A stretch of 64,000 nucleotides of DNA from Escherichia phage 310Ecol104PP. The translations under genes and the position numbers were made by a program. Location: the sequence record OR062946.1; one strand, given 5' to 3'. Positions within the stretch are counted from its first letter, which is position 1; each line of letters begins with the position of its first letter. The notes below the pieces were generated by a model, which was not told the DNA's origin, did no database searches, and worked only from the letters and a program-made list of their open reading frames with translations. Below are positions 42,270 to 52,923 of the stretch, one piece after another.

Positions 42270-45200
42270 ATGGCTACTTTAAAACAAATACAATTTAAAA
42301 GAAGCAAAACCGCAGGTGCACGTCCTGCTGCTTCAGTATTAGCCGAAGGTGAATTGGCTATAAACTTAAAAGATAGAACAATTTTTACTAAAGATGATTC
42401 AGGAAATATCATCGATTTAAGCATTTCTGCTGGTGGTAATATCAGTGGAAATGTAACTATTGATGGAACTTTACGCGTCAATGGACCAATAAACAATTTT
42501 GGAAATTTTTCCACAAGTGGTACTATTACGGCAAGTAATATTGTTTCTGCTACAGTATTCAGATCAACATCCGGTTCATTTTATACAAGAGCAATAAATG
42601 ATACTGCAAATGCCCATCTTTGGTTTGAAAATACAAATGGCTCAGAACGTGGCGTTTTATATTCAAAACCGCAGTCTGAAAATGAAGGCGTAATTACAAT
42701 GCGTGTTCGTCAAGGAACCGCTGCGGGAGCTCAAAATTCAGAATTTCATTTCATTTCTACTGATGGCGGTATCTTCCAGGCACGCAAATTAACTGCTTTA
42801 ACTTCTATTAGTACACCAACTATTAGTGTTAATTTAATTAATCATGATTCTAAAGCCTTTGGACAATACGATTCACAATCATTAGTTCAGTATGTTTATC
42901 CTGGAACCGGTGAAACAAATGGTGTAAACTATCTTCGTAAAGTTCGAGCTAAATCAGGTGGCACTATGTGGCATGAGCTTTGTACTGCTCAGACTGGCCA
43001 GGCTGATGAAATGTCTTGGTGGACAGGTAATACTCCATCATCTAAACAATATGGCATTCGTAATGACGGACGAATGGCAGGCCGTAATAGCCTTGCATTA
43101 GGTACATTCACTACAAATTTCCCGTCTAGTGATTATGGCAACGTCGGTGTAATGGGCGATAAATATCTTGTTCTCGGTGACACTGTAACTGGCTTGTCAT
43201 ACAAAAAAACTGGTGTATTTGATCTAGTTGGCGGTGGATATTCTGTTGCTTCTATTACTCCTGACAGTTTCCGTAGTACTCGTAAAGGTATATTTGGTCG
43301 TTCCGAGGACCAAGGCACCACATGGATTATGCCTGGCACTAATGCCGCTTTCTTGTCTGTTCAAACGCAAGCTGATAATAACAATGCTGGAGACGGCCAG
43401 ACGCATATTGGGTACAATGCTGGCGGTAAAATGAGTCATTATTTCCGCGGTAAAGGCAAAACTAATATTAATACTCAGGAAGGTGTAGACGTTAACCCGG
43501 GTATATTGAAGTTAACCACCGGCGGTGAAAGTATTAGCTTTAATGCCGCAACTGGAAGTATTAATTCTACATTAGCTTTTCGTCTTAATAAAGGCATAAT
43601 TATTGATGGACCTGATAATCAGGGATTCCAGTTTAACGCCCCGACGGCTGCAGATGGTACTAGAAGTATATACTGGAACAGTGGTACTCGCGCAGGTCAA
43701 AACAAAAGCCCTGTTACAGTTAAAGTGTGGGGTAATTCATTTAACGCATCGGGCGATCGTGCTCGTGAAACGGTTTTTGAAGTAGCTGATGGGCAAGGTT
43801 TCCATTTTTATTCTCAACGTGTAGCTCCTGCGCCTGGTTCTACCGTCGGACCTATTCAATTTCGAGTTAATGGTGGTTTATTAACTTCTGGTGGTATTAC
43901 ATCATCTGGTTCTATTGTTACTGAATCAAGTTTAGTTGCCAATAATGGCATGTCAGTAAATGGTCAGGCTAAATTTGGCGGAACAGCAAACGCACTGAGA
44001 ATTTGGAACGCTGAATACGGTGTTATTTTCCGTCGTTCTGAAAGTAACTTTTATATTATTCCAACCAATCAAAATGAAGGCGAAAGTGGAGACATTCACA
44101 GCTCTTTAAGACCTGTGAGAATAGGATTAAACGATGGCATGGTTGGGTTAGGAAGAGATTCTTTTATAGTAGATCAAAATAATGCTTTAACTACGATAAA
44201 CAGTAACTCTCGCATTAATGCCAACTTTAGAATGCAATTAGGACAAAATGCTTATATAGATATTGAGGCTTCTGATGGAGTTCGCCCAACAGGTTGTGGT
44301 TCATTTGCATCTCAGAATGACGTAAACGTCAGAGCTCCAATTTATATGAATATAGAGCGTACTGCTACTTCTGAATACATTCCTATTGTTAAACAACGGT
44401 ATGTAAAAGGTGATAGTACTTATTCTATTGGTACATTGATTTCTCAGGGAGACTTCCGCGTTCATTATCACCAGGGTACTAGTACTACCGGTACTGATTT
44501 AAGCTGGGAATTCCGTCGCAATGGTGATTTCCGCGCGGCAGGTAAAATTATTGCCGGTGCTGCTACTTTTGGCACTGATGGTAATATCACGGGCGGTTCA
44601 GGAAACTTTGCTAACCTGAATACCACATTAAATCGTAAGGTAAATTCCGGATTTGTAACATACGGTGCAACGGCCGGATGGTACAAATTCGCTACAGTAA
44701 CGATGCCACAATCTACTTCTACTGTTTCATTTACTATAACTGGTGGTAAAGGATTTAATACCGGACTGTTTACACAATGTGCTATAACAGAAATTGTTCT
44801 TCGTACTGGTAATGACCGCCCAGCAGGTTTAAACGCTGTGATGTATACCAGAACAGCTGCAGGTCTTACTGATATTGCTGTAGTTAATACCTCAGGAAAT
44901 ACATATGATATCTATGTTGAATCTGGTACTTATGCCAATCAATTAGCTTATACATGGCATACAGTTGATAATGCTACAGTAGAAGTTATCGGCGCTTTTG
45001 GTCCTACTCAAGACCCGGTAGATTCTTTGCCGGCTGATTATGTTAAAGGCCAAGTAGCTAACATGCTTAACAACCTGGTAAACACAGGTAAAGCAAAACG
45101 TTATGTAGCAGAATCTGAAATTGCTATTAATAACCAAACGGGTCTTCGTATTACGAGTAATTCTGATAGATCAGGTTCTAATTCCGTTTTATTTCGAAAT

Positions 45201-46193
45201 GACGGTGGAAGCTTCTATATTTTACTGACTGACAAAAACTCTTCAGACGGCGATAATAAAGCAACTGAAGGCGATTGGAATGGAAAACGACCGTTTTCAA
45301 TCGATATGACTGCTGGTACTGTTCGTCTTGGCGAAAATACTTCTTTTGATAAAGATATTACTATTAATGGAAACATTAATTCACGAGTTAAAGCTGCCGG
45401 ACAATGGAGTGTTAGCTTTTCTGCTATTTCAGATGTGACTCGCGACAATTCTGCATTCTTAGCGAATACGGGTGGCATTTCCAAGACAAGTCAAGCTTAT
45501 TACCCGCTATTTTCTGGATACAGTTTTTTAACTGACGCGGGTTATCGACAATCGTTTGAATTTGGATGGTTAGGTGTTTCTGGTACTTGGCGCCAAGGCA
45601 TTATTCGCATGCGTGGTGACAACGCATCGGGGCAACAGGCTCGTTGGACTTTTGATATGGATGGAACATTTTATGCTCCTATACTATCATGCGGATCTGC
45701 GAGAGCATTCGGTGTCAATACATCAAATGGTCTCGGTGGAAACAGTATAACATTTGGTGATAGCGATACCGGTATTAAGCAAAACGGCGATGGATTATTA
45801 GACATTTATGCGAATGGTGTGCAAACGTTCCGTTTCCAGAACGGTGATTTATACTCATATAAAAATATAAATGCCCCAAACGTTTATATTCGTTCTGATA
45901 TTCGCTTAAAATCTAATTTCAAACCTATCGAAAATGCACTTGATAAAGTTGAAAAACTCAATGGTGTCATTTATGATAAAGCTGAATATATCGGTGGAGA
46001 GGCAATTGAAACTGAAGCGGGTATTGTGGCTCAAACGTTACAAGACGTTTTACCAGAAGCCGTCCGTGAAACAGAAGACAGCAAGGGTAATAAAATACTC
46101 ACTGTTTCTTCTCAAGCCCAGATTGCTCTTCTGGTTGAAGCTGTGAAAACGCTTTCTTCTCGTGTAAAAGAACTTGAATCTAAACTTATGTAA
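42270..46193 (+). CDS. 37: long tail fibre distal subunit gp37 with C-terminal intramolecular-chaperone-like domain
   Basis: 1307-aa ORF; conserved N-terminus [16 protein letters not shown]; C-terminal ~110 aa resemble the peptidase S74 self-cleaving chaperone domain (SDIRLKSN…[12 protein letters not shown]…). Confidence 0.9.
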   Translation: MATLKQIQFKRSKTAGARPAASVLAEGELAINLKDRTIFTKDDSGNIIDLSISAGGNISGNVTIDGTLRVNGPINNFGNFSTSGTITASNIVSATVFRSTSGSFYTRAINDTANAHLWFENTNGSERGVLYSKPQSENEGVITMRVRQGTAAGAQNSEFHFISTDGGIFQARKLTALTSISTPTISVNLINHDSKAFGQYDSQSLVQYVYPGTGETNGVNYLRKVRAKSGGTMWHELCTAQTGQADEMSWWTGNTPSSKQYGIRNDGRMAGRNSLALGTFTTNFPSSDYGNVGVMGDKYLVLGDTVTGLSYKKTGVFDLVGGGYSVASITPDSFRSTRKGIFGRSEDQGTTWIMPGTNAAFLSVQTQADNNNAGDGQTHIGYNAGGKMSHYFRGKGKTNINTQEGVDVNPGILKLTTGGESISFNAATGSINSTLAFRLNKGIIIDGPDNQGFQFNAPTAADGTRSIYWNSGTRAGQNKSPVTVKVWGNSFNASGDRARETVFEVADGQGFHFYSQRVAPAPGSTVGPIQFRVNGGLLTSGGITSSGSIVTESSLVANNGMSVNGQAKFGGTANALRIWNAEYGVIFRRSESNFYIIPTNQNEGESGDIHSSLRPVRIGLNDGMVGLGRDSFIVDQNNALTTINSNSRINANFRMQLGQNAYIDIEASDGVRPTGCGSFASQNDVNVRAPIYMNIERTATSEYIPIVKQRYVKGDSTYSIGTLISQGDFRVHYHQGTSTTGTDLSWEFRRNGDFRAAGKIIAGAATFGTDGNITGGSGNFANLNTTLNRKVNSGFVTYGATAGWYKFATVTMPQSTSTVSFTITGGKGFNTGLFTQCAITEIVLRTGNDRPAGLNAVMYTRTAAGLTDIAVVNTSGNTYDIYVESGTYANQLAYTWHTVDNATVEVIGAFGPTQDPVDSLPADYVKGQVANMLNNLVNTGKAKRYVAESEIAINNQTGLRITSNSDRSGSNSVLFRNDGGSFYILLTDKNSSDGDNKATEGDWNGKRPFSIDMTAGTVRLGENTSFDKDITINGNINSRVKAAGQWSVSFSAISDVTRDNSAFLANTGGISKTSQAYYPLFSGYSFLTDAGYRQSFEFGWLGVSGTWRQGIIRMRGDNASGQQARWTFDMDGTFYAPILSCGSARAFGVNTSNGLGGNSITFGDSDTGIKQNGDGLLDIYANGVQTFRFQNGDLYSYKNINAPNVYIRSDIRLKSNFKPIENALDKVEKLNGVIYDKAEYIGGEAIETEAGIVAQTLQDVLPEAVRETEDSKGNKILTVSSQAQIALLVEAVKTLSSRVKELESKLM

Positions 46194-46194
46194 A

Positions 46195-46212
46195 AGAGGG
46201 CTTCGGCCCTCT
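46195..46212 (+). terminator. C(UUCG)G hairpin after gene 37
   Basis: AGAGGGC-ttcg-GCCCTCT inverted repeat. Confidence 0.5.
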
Positions 46213-46224
46213 AAGGATTTTTAA

Positions 46225-47007
46225 ATGGCAATTGTAGGTGTTCCTGGCTGGATTGGCGAATCTGCCGTGAATGAAACTGGACAACGTTGGATGGATGCTG
46301 CGATGAGAGAAGTTCGTGTTTCAGTTCCCGGTTGGATGAGCTCAATGGCTGGGCAATCTAAAGAGATTCATTATAGCATTGGTGCTAGTAACTCTTACAA
46401 TAAAGACACTCTTATTAACTGGATGAAAGCACAAGGATCTACTCCGGTAGTAATTACTATCACGGGTAATATTGTTTCCCAATCTACTGGCGTTCCTTGT
46501 CTTGACTTCCCTAGCTCGTTAACTAATGCATATGTTACGTTGATCATTAACTCCGGTGTGACTGTCTACGGTCGCGGTGGCAATGGTGGTAGTAACGCTG
46601 CTGGTGCTGCTGGTGGTAACGCAATCAATAACGCTATCGGTACACGTCTACGAATTACAAATAACGGTGCAATCGCTGGAGGTGGCGGCGGCGGTGGCGG
46701 CGGTAACAGGGGTAAACTAATATTTGGTGGTGGCGGTGGTCGCCCATTCGGTGCTGGTGGGTCTTCCTCTCATATGAGTTCCGGTGCAACTGCTGGTACT
46801 ATTTCCGCTCCTGGTAAAGGATCTGTTGGTGAGGGGTCTCTTAGTGCATATACAGGCGGTTCGGGTGGTAATGTCGGTGCTGCTGGAGGAAGATGTAATA
46901 TTCGCGGTCAAGGATCAGAATATAACGGCGGTGCGGCCGGTAAAGCTGTTACTGGTAATGCTCCAACTTGGACTAAGGTTGGTACAATATATGGTTCAAG
47001 AGTATAA
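46225..47007 (+). CDS. 38: receptor-binding adhesin gp38 (T2-type)
   Basis: 260-aa ORF with glycine-rich motifs (GGGGGGGGGN, GGGGRPFGAGG) separating variable segments. Confidence 0.8.
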   Translation: MAIVGVPGWIGESAVNETGQRWMDAAMREVRVSVPGWMSSMAGQSKEIHYSIGASNSYNKDTLINWMKAQGSTPVVITITGNIVSQSTGVPCLDFPSSLTNAYVTLIINSGVTVYGRGGNGGSNAAGAAGGNAINNAIGTRLRITNNGAIAGGGGGGGGGNRGKLIFGGGGGRPFGAGGSSSHMSSGATAGTISAPGKGSVGEGSLSAYTGGSGGNVGAAGGRCNIRGQGSEYNGGAAGKAVTGNAPTWTKVGTIYGSRV

Positions 47008-47039
47008 TTTTTGAATAAATATCCTTAAAAGGAGGGTCT

Positions 47040-47696
47040 ATGGCAGCACCTAGAATATCATTTTCGCCCTCTGATATTCTATTTGGTGTTCTAGATCGCT
47101 TGTTCAAAGATAACGCTACCGGGAAAGTTCTTGCTTCCCGGGTAGCTGTCGTAATTCTTTTATTTATGATGGCGATTGTTTGGTATAGGGGAGATAGTTT
47201 CTTTGAGTACTATAAGCAATCAAAGTATGAAACATACAGTGAAATTATTGAAAAGGAAAGAAATGCACGCTTTGAATCTGTCGCCCTGGAACAACTCCAG
47301 ATAGTTCATATATCATCTGAGGCAGACTTTAGTGCGGTGTATTCTTTCCGCCCTAAAAACTTAAACTATTTTGTTGATATTATAGCATACGAAGGAAGAT
47401 TACCTTCAACAATAACTGAAAAATCACTTGGAGGATATCCTGTTGATAAAACTATGGATGAATATATAGTTCATTTAAATGGACGTCATTATTATTCTGA
47501 CTCAAAATTTGCTTTTTTACCAACTAAAAAGCCTACTCCCGAAATAAACTACATGTACAGTTGTCCATATTTTAATTTGGATAATATCTATGCTGGAACG
47601 ATAACCATGTACTGGTATAGAAATGATCATATAAGTAATGACCGCCTTGAATCAATATGCGCTCAGGCGGCCAGAATATTAGGAAGGGCTAAATAA
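47040..47696 (+). CDS. t: holin T
   Basis: 218-aa ORF with one N-terminal transmembrane segment and large periplasmic domain. Confidence 0.9.
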   Translation: MAAPRISFSPSDILFGVLDRLFKDNATGKVLASRVAVVILLFMMAIVWYRGDSFFEYYKQSKYETYSEIIEKERNARFESVALEQLQIVHISSEADFSAVYSFRPKNLNYFVDIIAYEGRLPSTITEKSLGGYPVDKTMDEYIVHLNGRHYYSDSKFAFLPTKKPTPEINYMYSCPYFNLDNIYAGTITMYWYRNDHISNDRLESICAQAARILGRAK

Positions 47697-47969
47697 TTAT
47701 TTGTTCGTATACATCTCTAGATATCGATATACACCCTCAAAACCCTCGTTGAATTCGTCGATGAGGGTTTTCTTATCTTCTTGAGTTAATTCAGAAACAA
47801 TTTTACGGAATGAATTCTGATTTAATTTTCTACCTTCATGCGTTACTCCAATCTCATTCAGAAATGCAATAAAATTAGCACGATTTTCAACAATATCTTC
47901 TCTGGAAAATTTAATCAAAATAGACGCAACAGTAATAATTTCACGAACTGTATCAATGTTTTTATTCAT
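47697..47969 (-). CDS. asiA: anti-sigma-70 factor AsiA
   Basis: 90-aa ORF, length and position match T4 AsiA; convergent with t. Confidence 0.9.
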   Translation of the reverse strand: MNKNIDTVREIITVASILIKFSREDIVENRANFIAFLNEIGVTHEGRKLNQNSFRKIVSELTQEDKKTLIDEFNEGFEGVYRYLEMYTNK

Positions 47970-47981
47970 TAACTATACCAC

Positions 47982-48134
47982 TCAATTAGTTGACTTTGTT
48001 ATAATATCATCAGACGCTTGATTTGTAAACTGGTCTGTGTTATTTTCTTCAAAAATTTTTTCTACGAATTCCTTGAACGACTCACGTTCCTGAGCTACAT
48101 TATGCTCGATTACCTTTTCAAGATTATGACTCAT
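47982..48134 (-). CDS. possible small acidic 50-aa protein
   Basis: Manual translation MSHNLEKVIEHNVAQ…; start overlaps the arn stop; no clear ribosome-binding site checked. Confidence 0.3.
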   Translation of the reverse strand: MSHNLEKVIEHNVAQERESFKEFVEKIFEENNTDQFTNQASDDIITKSTN

Positions 48135-48409
48135 TCGAAATAATCTTCAATTTCGTAATCATGGACATAAATCATTATAGTTTTTAATACATCATCAATA
48201 CTTTTTCCTGGAGCTGGAATTACGTAAAAATATCCTGCTTTTGAGAGGTCTTTATAAGTTCCAACCAAGAAATCATTATTCTCAAGATGTAGTTCTTCAA
48301 CTAATTCATCGACAATTGAGTGGTATAAATTTGGTAGAAACTTATATAGCTTTTCTAGAATGTCAATTTTGATTGTATATTGAACCACAGATTGAGAATC
48401 AATAATCAT
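48131..48409 (-). CDS. arn: Arn-like acidic protein (anti-restriction, McrBC inhibitor in T4)
   Basis: 92-aa acidic ORF at the T4 arn position next to asiA. Confidence 0.55.
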   Translation of the reverse strand: MIIDSQSVVQYTIKIDILEKLYKFLPNLYHSIVDELVEELHLENNDFLVGTYKDLSKAGYFYVIPAPGKSIDDVLKTIMIYVHDYEIEDYFE

Positions 48410-48492
48410 AGACCTTCCCCTTATGTTTCTGTTTGCGATTAGATTCTTTAAACGCTTTCTTCTTATCTTTATGAACAGAAGCTTTATTAAAA

Positions 48493-48711
48493 TTATGTTT
48501 TGCGACTAAATTGTTCATAGTGCTGAATTACCTCTCTTAAACATTTGCATGTGAATGAAAACTTTTTAGCTACACCACATTCAAATATATGTTCTCTTAA
48601 ATCACTTGTATCAGTATATCCCATCTCAACGATAAAATGCCGTATTAGATTTTTATCTTTATCATTGAGAGAATTAAAATAATCGGATTTTGAATTAATT
48701 TCCCTGGCCAA
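48493..48711 (-). CDS. hypothetical 72-aa Cys-containing protein
   Basis: ORF in the arn-motA train. Confidence 0.45.
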   Translation of the reverse strand: MAREINSKSDYFNSLNDKDKNLIRHFIVEMGYTDTSDLREHIFECGVAKKFSFTCKCLREVIQHYEQFSRKT

Positions 48712-48991
48712 ATTGAATCACCTTCAGTTGGCGTTTTAGCTCTTTTATCATCTCTTCGTTCATCGCAATATAAAGATCGCGTAAAGCAGGCTTTAGCATT
48801 CCATTTATTGGGGAACTAAATGGACATACATAATCTTTTCCTACGAGCTTTTTAGTGAATTCCATATTACAGAACTGAAATGCAGGTTCATTGGCATAAA
48901 TTCCCCATTTAGTTGACATCATTTTATTGGCATATTCCAATGCCTGGATTTGATTCATAATTCCATCAATTTGAAACTTTTTAATATTCAT
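48695..48991 (-). CDS. hypothetical 98-aa protein
   Basis: ORF in the arn-motA train. Confidence 0.45.
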   Translation of the reverse strand: MNIKKFQIDGIMNQIQALEYANKMMSTKWGIYANEPAFQFCNMEFTKKLVGKDYVCPFSSPINGMLKPALRDLYIAMNEEMIKELKRQLKVIQFGQGN

Positions 48992-49452
48992 TAGTAAAGG
49001 TCCTCAGAGTAAAGTTCTTTTTCACTACCACCACGTTCAATGCGTACTTGTCCAGCGTAAGTTGCAATAATCATTGCTTCTTCACGTGTCCAATAATTAC
49101 TATATTGGTCAATAAACCCTTGGTCATCATCACAAACTTGCTGAGTAACTAATTGAGGTTTAACTACATCTAAAACTGCTGCCATATCTTTAGAATAATG
49201 ACGAGCACCCGGAATAATAAGAGTTCGTCCATCTTTTAATCTAAAACGGTTGGCTGCACAGACAATTCGTCGTTGATATTTTTGATTTTCGTCCCAATAT
49301 GCAGACTGCCAACAAATTTCAGGAACTTCTGCAAGAATATCTTCTTCTGTGCATTTATAACCGTGTGCTTTAAATTTTTGAACAAGACTTTCTGGAGTCT
49401 CACGAGATAAAGGAACATTCAGCATTTTTAAACGATTAATAAATGGATTCAT
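48991..49452 (-). CDS. hypothetical 153-aa protein
   Basis: ORF in the arn-motA train; no motif recognised. Confidence 0.5.
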   Translation of the reverse strand: MNPFINRLKMLNVPLSRETPESLVQKFKAHGYKCTEEDILAEVPEICWQSAYWDENQKYQRRIVCAANRFRLKDGRTLIIPGARHYSKDMAAVLDVVKPQLVTQQVCDDDQGFIDQYSNYWTREEAMIIATYAGQVRIERGGSEKELYSEDLY

Positions 49453-49778
49453 TTAAACCATCCTTTAATACGTTGCCACAAAGTTTTCTGTTGAGCTTTG
49501 TTAACACCAATTGAGCGAATAACTGGTTGAGATTCCTGGAATTCTTTATAATCAGCAAGGTAAATTTCGTAAGCTGAATCTGTAAAAGAACTTATCGCCG
49601 CCATAAAATTATTGCGAATACCTACTGGAGCATCTTTACTTTCACGAATAATCATGTATTTACCAGTCTTAATCTTTACGATAGTTCCAAGATAAGCTCC
49701 ATGGTACCAGATGTCCCACCCCTCTTGAGTGGGTTCTGCACAACGACGAAGTTCATTGATAATTTCTAACTTGTTCAT
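49449..49778 (-). CDS. hypothetical 109-aa protein
   Basis: ORF immediately downstream of motA. Confidence 0.5.
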   Translation of the reverse strand: MNKLEIINELRRCAEPTQEGWDIWYHGAYLGTIVKIKTGKYMIIRESKDAPVGIRNNFMAAISSFTDSAYEIYLADYKEFQESQPVIRSIGVNKAQQKTLWQRIKGWFK

Positions 49779-49788
49779 TATTTATTCC

Positions 49789-50424
49789 TCACAGTTCAGA
49801 TGCTACGGTGATTACAGCTTCAATGTTTTCTGCCGAGCGTTTAATGTCAAGATACACATTACCATTTTTAGCGATTTTACATGACATTCCGATATCAGTA
49901 AATTTCTGAATATGATGTTCCATCATTTTGTATCCAAAAATTCGCATATTTCCATTGTTGTTAATTTCAAAATTACGAATTCCGTGAGTGCGTTTTTCTA
50001 AAATAGCGAGATAGTTACTGCGATAAATTTCAATCTTTTTAACAACAAATCTGGTTTCATTTAAAAGTTTTAACATGAAATCTTTATCTTCTTCCATATC
50101 AGAAGTAATTTCACGAGCTTTACGAGTTGCTCGTTTTTTCAGTAGTTCTGGAGCATTTTCCTGTGCGTATAAAGTTGCTGCATTTGAAATAATATCCTGA
50201 GCTTCACCCGTAATGATTAATCCATCGCCAGATTTCTCCACCAGGCCTTTTTTAATCAATACCCCAATATTACTATTAACTATTGCGTTACCTAAATCTG
50301 GATGCACCTCACGAACTTCTGCAGCTGTAATGAAATCTTTCTTAGCAATAGTAATTAAAATCGCAGCAGTTTTTTCATTCAGAACATCGTTAGAAGCTTT
50401 GATGATGTAAGTTACTTTAGACAT
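49789..50424 (-). CDS. motA: MotA, activator of middle transcription
   Basis: 211-aa ORF, length and position match T4 MotA. Confidence 0.9.
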   Translation of the reverse strand: MSKVTYIIKASNDVLNEKTAAILITIAKKDFITAAEVREVHPDLGNAIVNSNIGVLIKKGLVEKSGDGLIITGEAQDIISNAATLYAQENAPELLKKRATRKAREITSDMEEDKDFMLKLLNETRFVVKKIEIYRSNYLAILEKRTHGIRNFEINNNGNMRIFGYKMMEHHIQKFTDIGMSCKIAKNGNVYLDIKRSAENIEAVITVASEL

Positions 50425-50464
50425 TTTCTAATCTCCGTAATTCTGTATCAGTAGTTGATAGTTG

Positions 50465-50495
50465 TATAGTACCATAGAATGCTTTGGTTGTAAAC
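50465..50495 (-). promoter_or_regulatory. early promoter of motA
   Basis: GTTTAC, 18 nt, TACTAT with A/T-rich upstream tract; sits between the upstream terminator and motA. Confidence 0.5.
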
Positions 50496-50524
50496 CGTTT
50501 TGTGAAAAAATTTTAAAATAAAAA

Positions 50525-50544
50525 GGGAGAGCCGAGGCTCTCCC
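50525..50544 (-). terminator. terminator hairpin after the gene 52 operon
   Basis: GGGAGAG-ccgagg-CTCTCCC followed on the minus transcript by a U-rich run. Confidence 0.5.
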
Positions 50545-50549
50545 TAAAA

Positions 50550-50699
50550 TTACTGCATGACTGTGATAACTGTCATGATAACACGTTGAATTCCGAACGC
50601 AAGAAGACCTCCTGCTACGGCTGGAACAACACCTAAACCCGCCAGTAAAATACCACCAGATACTAATACCGCGCTTGTAATACCTATAAATGGACTCAT
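50550..50699 (-). CDS. small hydrophobic 49-aa protein
   Basis: Manual translation MSPFIGITSAVLVSGGILLAGLGVV…; ATGA overlap with the gene 52 stop. Confidence 0.4.
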   Translation of the reverse strand: MSPFIGITSAVLVSGGILLAGLGVVPAVAGGLLAFGIQRVIMTVITVMQ

Positions 50700-52024
50700 T
50701 TGATTTCCTCTAAATCTTTGGTGTATTCAGTGACTACATCAGTAGTTTTCCAATATTCGTTTTCTTCTTTCTTAGCTTTAGCTTCTTCAGCAAGTTTCTT
50801 TGCTTCGTCGGAAGTCATATGAAAAATATTCATTCCAACTAGTTTATCAACATAAGAAGAATACATATCAATTTTAGAAAGTTCTTCGGTCAGTTCTTTG
50901 CGAGTTTTACCTTGCACAACAATTTCACCTGAAATTACTTTCTTAATGAAATGTGCCTTGGCAAAGGCTAAACGAAATGCTGATTCAGTTTCTTTGATTT
51001 TGTTATCAATTCGCTTTTGGACATAAGTTTTACGAACTTCAACGAAGTCTTTAATTAAATCAACTACGTTATCGTAAACTTGTAGCTTTCCTTTCTCATT
51101 AATGACGGTAATATTCTGGGAACGACGCTCAATCAACCCGAAGTCTTTCATAATTTTTGCATGGCGTTCTTCTTCGTTATCACTCAAAGAATATTCTTTG
51201 CGGAATTTAACTTTGAATCCAAAACCATGCTCACCACAAGCATCATCCCATGTAATGAAGCCTTTATCTTCAAGCGGGTCTAAGATTTTACTCACATAAG
51301 TTTCACGATCATACTTATACGGAATCTCAGTGATATTCATTTGAGTTCGTGAAGTAAACTTGTACGTTCCACGAATTTCATATTGACCGTCAATTTCAAC
51401 GACTTCACCACGAAATTCTGGGAATTCTACTTTCGGTTTAGTTACTTTCTTTCCTTGAAGAGCTTGCAGTACAGCTTTCTTGACAGAAGAAACACTATGA
51501 GGAAGAATGTAAGTTGCATAACCAGTTGCAATACCGGAAACGCCATTAAGAAGAACAGTAGGAATAATAGGCAAATAGAAAGCAGGCGGAATGTGTTCTT
51601 TATCTTGATGCACCGGAGCATATTCAGTATCTTTATATACGTTATAGAAATTTTTACTTACACGAGCAAAAATATAACGACTTGCCGCTGCTTTTTGAAC
51701 AGTACGAGAACCAAAGTTTCCTTGACCATCTAACAGAGGAAAGTTATTATTCCAAGTATTAGCCATCAAAGCACCTGCGTCTTGTGCAGAGTTTTCGCCA
51801 TGATGATATCCAAGGTCCGCTACACCACCTGCGATAGAAGCGAGTTTGTGAAACTTATCTTTATTTCCTCGTGCCAAATCAAGAGCTCGAGCAATAACAA
51901 ATCGTTGAACTGGCTTAAATCCATCAATCATATTTGGAATAGCACGATTTTCAACCGTGTACATAGCATAAGCCAATGCTTCATTATCAATGATACTTTT
52001 TAAATCGCGATTATTCAGTTGCAT
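50696..52024 (-). CDS. 52: DNA topoisomerase II medium subunit gp52
   Basis: 442-aa ORF, length and position match T4 gp52. Confidence 0.9.
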   Translation of the reverse strand: MQLNNRDLKSIIDNEALAYAMYTVENRAIPNMIDGFKPVQRFVIARALDLARGNKDKFHKLASIAGGVADLGYHHGENSAQDAGALMANTWNNNFPLLDGQGNFGSRTVQKAAASRYIFARVSKNFYNVYKDTEYAPVHQDKEHIPPAFYLPIIPTVLLNGVSGIATGYATYILPHSVSSVKKAVLQALQGKKVTKPKVEFPEFRGEVVEIDGQYEIRGTYKFTSRTQMNITEIPYKYDRETYVSKILDPLEDKGFITWDDACGEHGFGFKVKFRKEYSLSDNEEERHAKIMKDFGLIERRSQNITVINEKGKLQVYDNVVDLIKDFVEVRKTYVQKRIDNKIKETESAFRLAFAKAHFIKKVISGEIVVQGKTRKELTEELSKIDMYSSYVDKLVGMNIFHMTSDEAKKLAEEAKAKKEENEYWKTTDVVTEYTKDLEEIK

Positions 52025-52028
52025 AAAT

Positions 52029-52169
52029 TTACCATACTAGTGAATGTAGTGCCATAATAACATCAGAAATGAAAAGCACGACTTGAATTAATCCGAACAT
52101 TACTCCATAATATAGTGCTACCAATAAAGTAGCAAGGGCTAATGAATAGCCCAAGATTTTCTTAATCAT
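52029..52169 (-). CDS. small hydrophobic 46-aa protein (52.1 position)
   Basis: Manual translation MIKKILGYSLALATLLVALYYGV…; 4 nt upstream of the gene 52 ATG. Confidence 0.4.
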   Translation of the reverse strand: MIKKILGYSLALATLLVALYYGVMFGLIQVVLFISDVIMALHSLVW

Positions 52170-52317
52170 TAGATAACAACACAAATGTTAAATATGCACA
52201 CATACCCTGGGCTAAAGCCTGTGAAAACACACTGCTAGAATCGATACAGATAGTTAAAACACATGCTACTATCCAACAAATAAATGAAATAACTCCTAAT
52301 AATTTTGCAATATCCAT
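52162..52317 (-). CDS. ac: 51-aa membrane peptide, probable acriflavine-sensitivity protein Ac
   Basis: Manual translation MDIAKLLGVISFICWIVACVLTICID…; 51 aa, located between stp and gene 52 as in T4. Confidence 0.55.
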   Translation of the reverse strand: MDIAKLLGVISFICWIVACVLTICIDSSSVFSQALAQGMCAYLTFVLLSND

Positions 52318-52324
52318 ATTTTCC

Positions 52325-52405
52325 TCACTGGCGTCCGAAGACGCCTTTAGTTTTAAGATTGTTACGATAAAACTGCATCACATGTTCGTTGTGGAAATTA
52401 CTCAT
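52325..52405 (-). CDS. stp: Stp peptide (26 aa), activator of host anticodon nuclease PrrC
   Basis: Manual translation [26 protein letters not shown], which matches my memory of the T4 Stp peptide; TAATG overlap with ndd. Confidence 0.85.
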
Positions 52406-52863
52406 TAATATGCCTGCAAAACGAATTTAAAGTTATCAGCCAACATACGGTTCATTTCTTCAAGTGTTTGATACTCAGAATGATGATTACGAGTAAACGC
52501 CAAAGCTAACTGACCTTTACCAAATCCCGTCGTCAGAGGTTTCATCTTAGAAGCAGGTAGATAAAATACAGTGTATGGAACATTGTTATTTGCAATAGTA
52601 CGCGCAAGCTGAGACCGACGCTGACGAATATGACTTAGAACTGCGCTGAATCCTTGCTTAGAACGCTGATTACCTACATAAAATCGCGCAGACACACATT
52701 GATTACTAAATGGACGACCATCTAATTTACTTACTAAAAAGTAAAATCCAGGTTTAGATAAAATGTCTTTATGCGGAGTTCCCAAAAACCATTCACCGCC
52801 CTTGATTGTGCCAATAACAGTAGCGCCTGCATTATTCAGATCAGTAACAGTCATGTATTTCAT
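52405..52863 (-). CDS. ndd: nucleoid disruption protein Ndd
   Basis: About 152 aa from [16 protein letters not shown], adjacent to stp. Confidence 0.7.
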
Positions 52864-52923
52864 ATTAATTTCCTCTAAATTATTTTCTACTCCAAGGCCG
52901 CATGAATACACACGGCCATTAAA

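Noticed and set aside
46660-46760. GGN-codon repeats in gene 38, considered as a possible CRISPR-like or simple-repeat array
   Set aside because: They are in frame and encode the poly-glycine linkers of the adhesin; no spacer-repeat periodicity
47020-47040. Late promoter for the holin gene t
   Set aside because: Only AATAAATA is present rather than TATAAATA, so I left it unannotated
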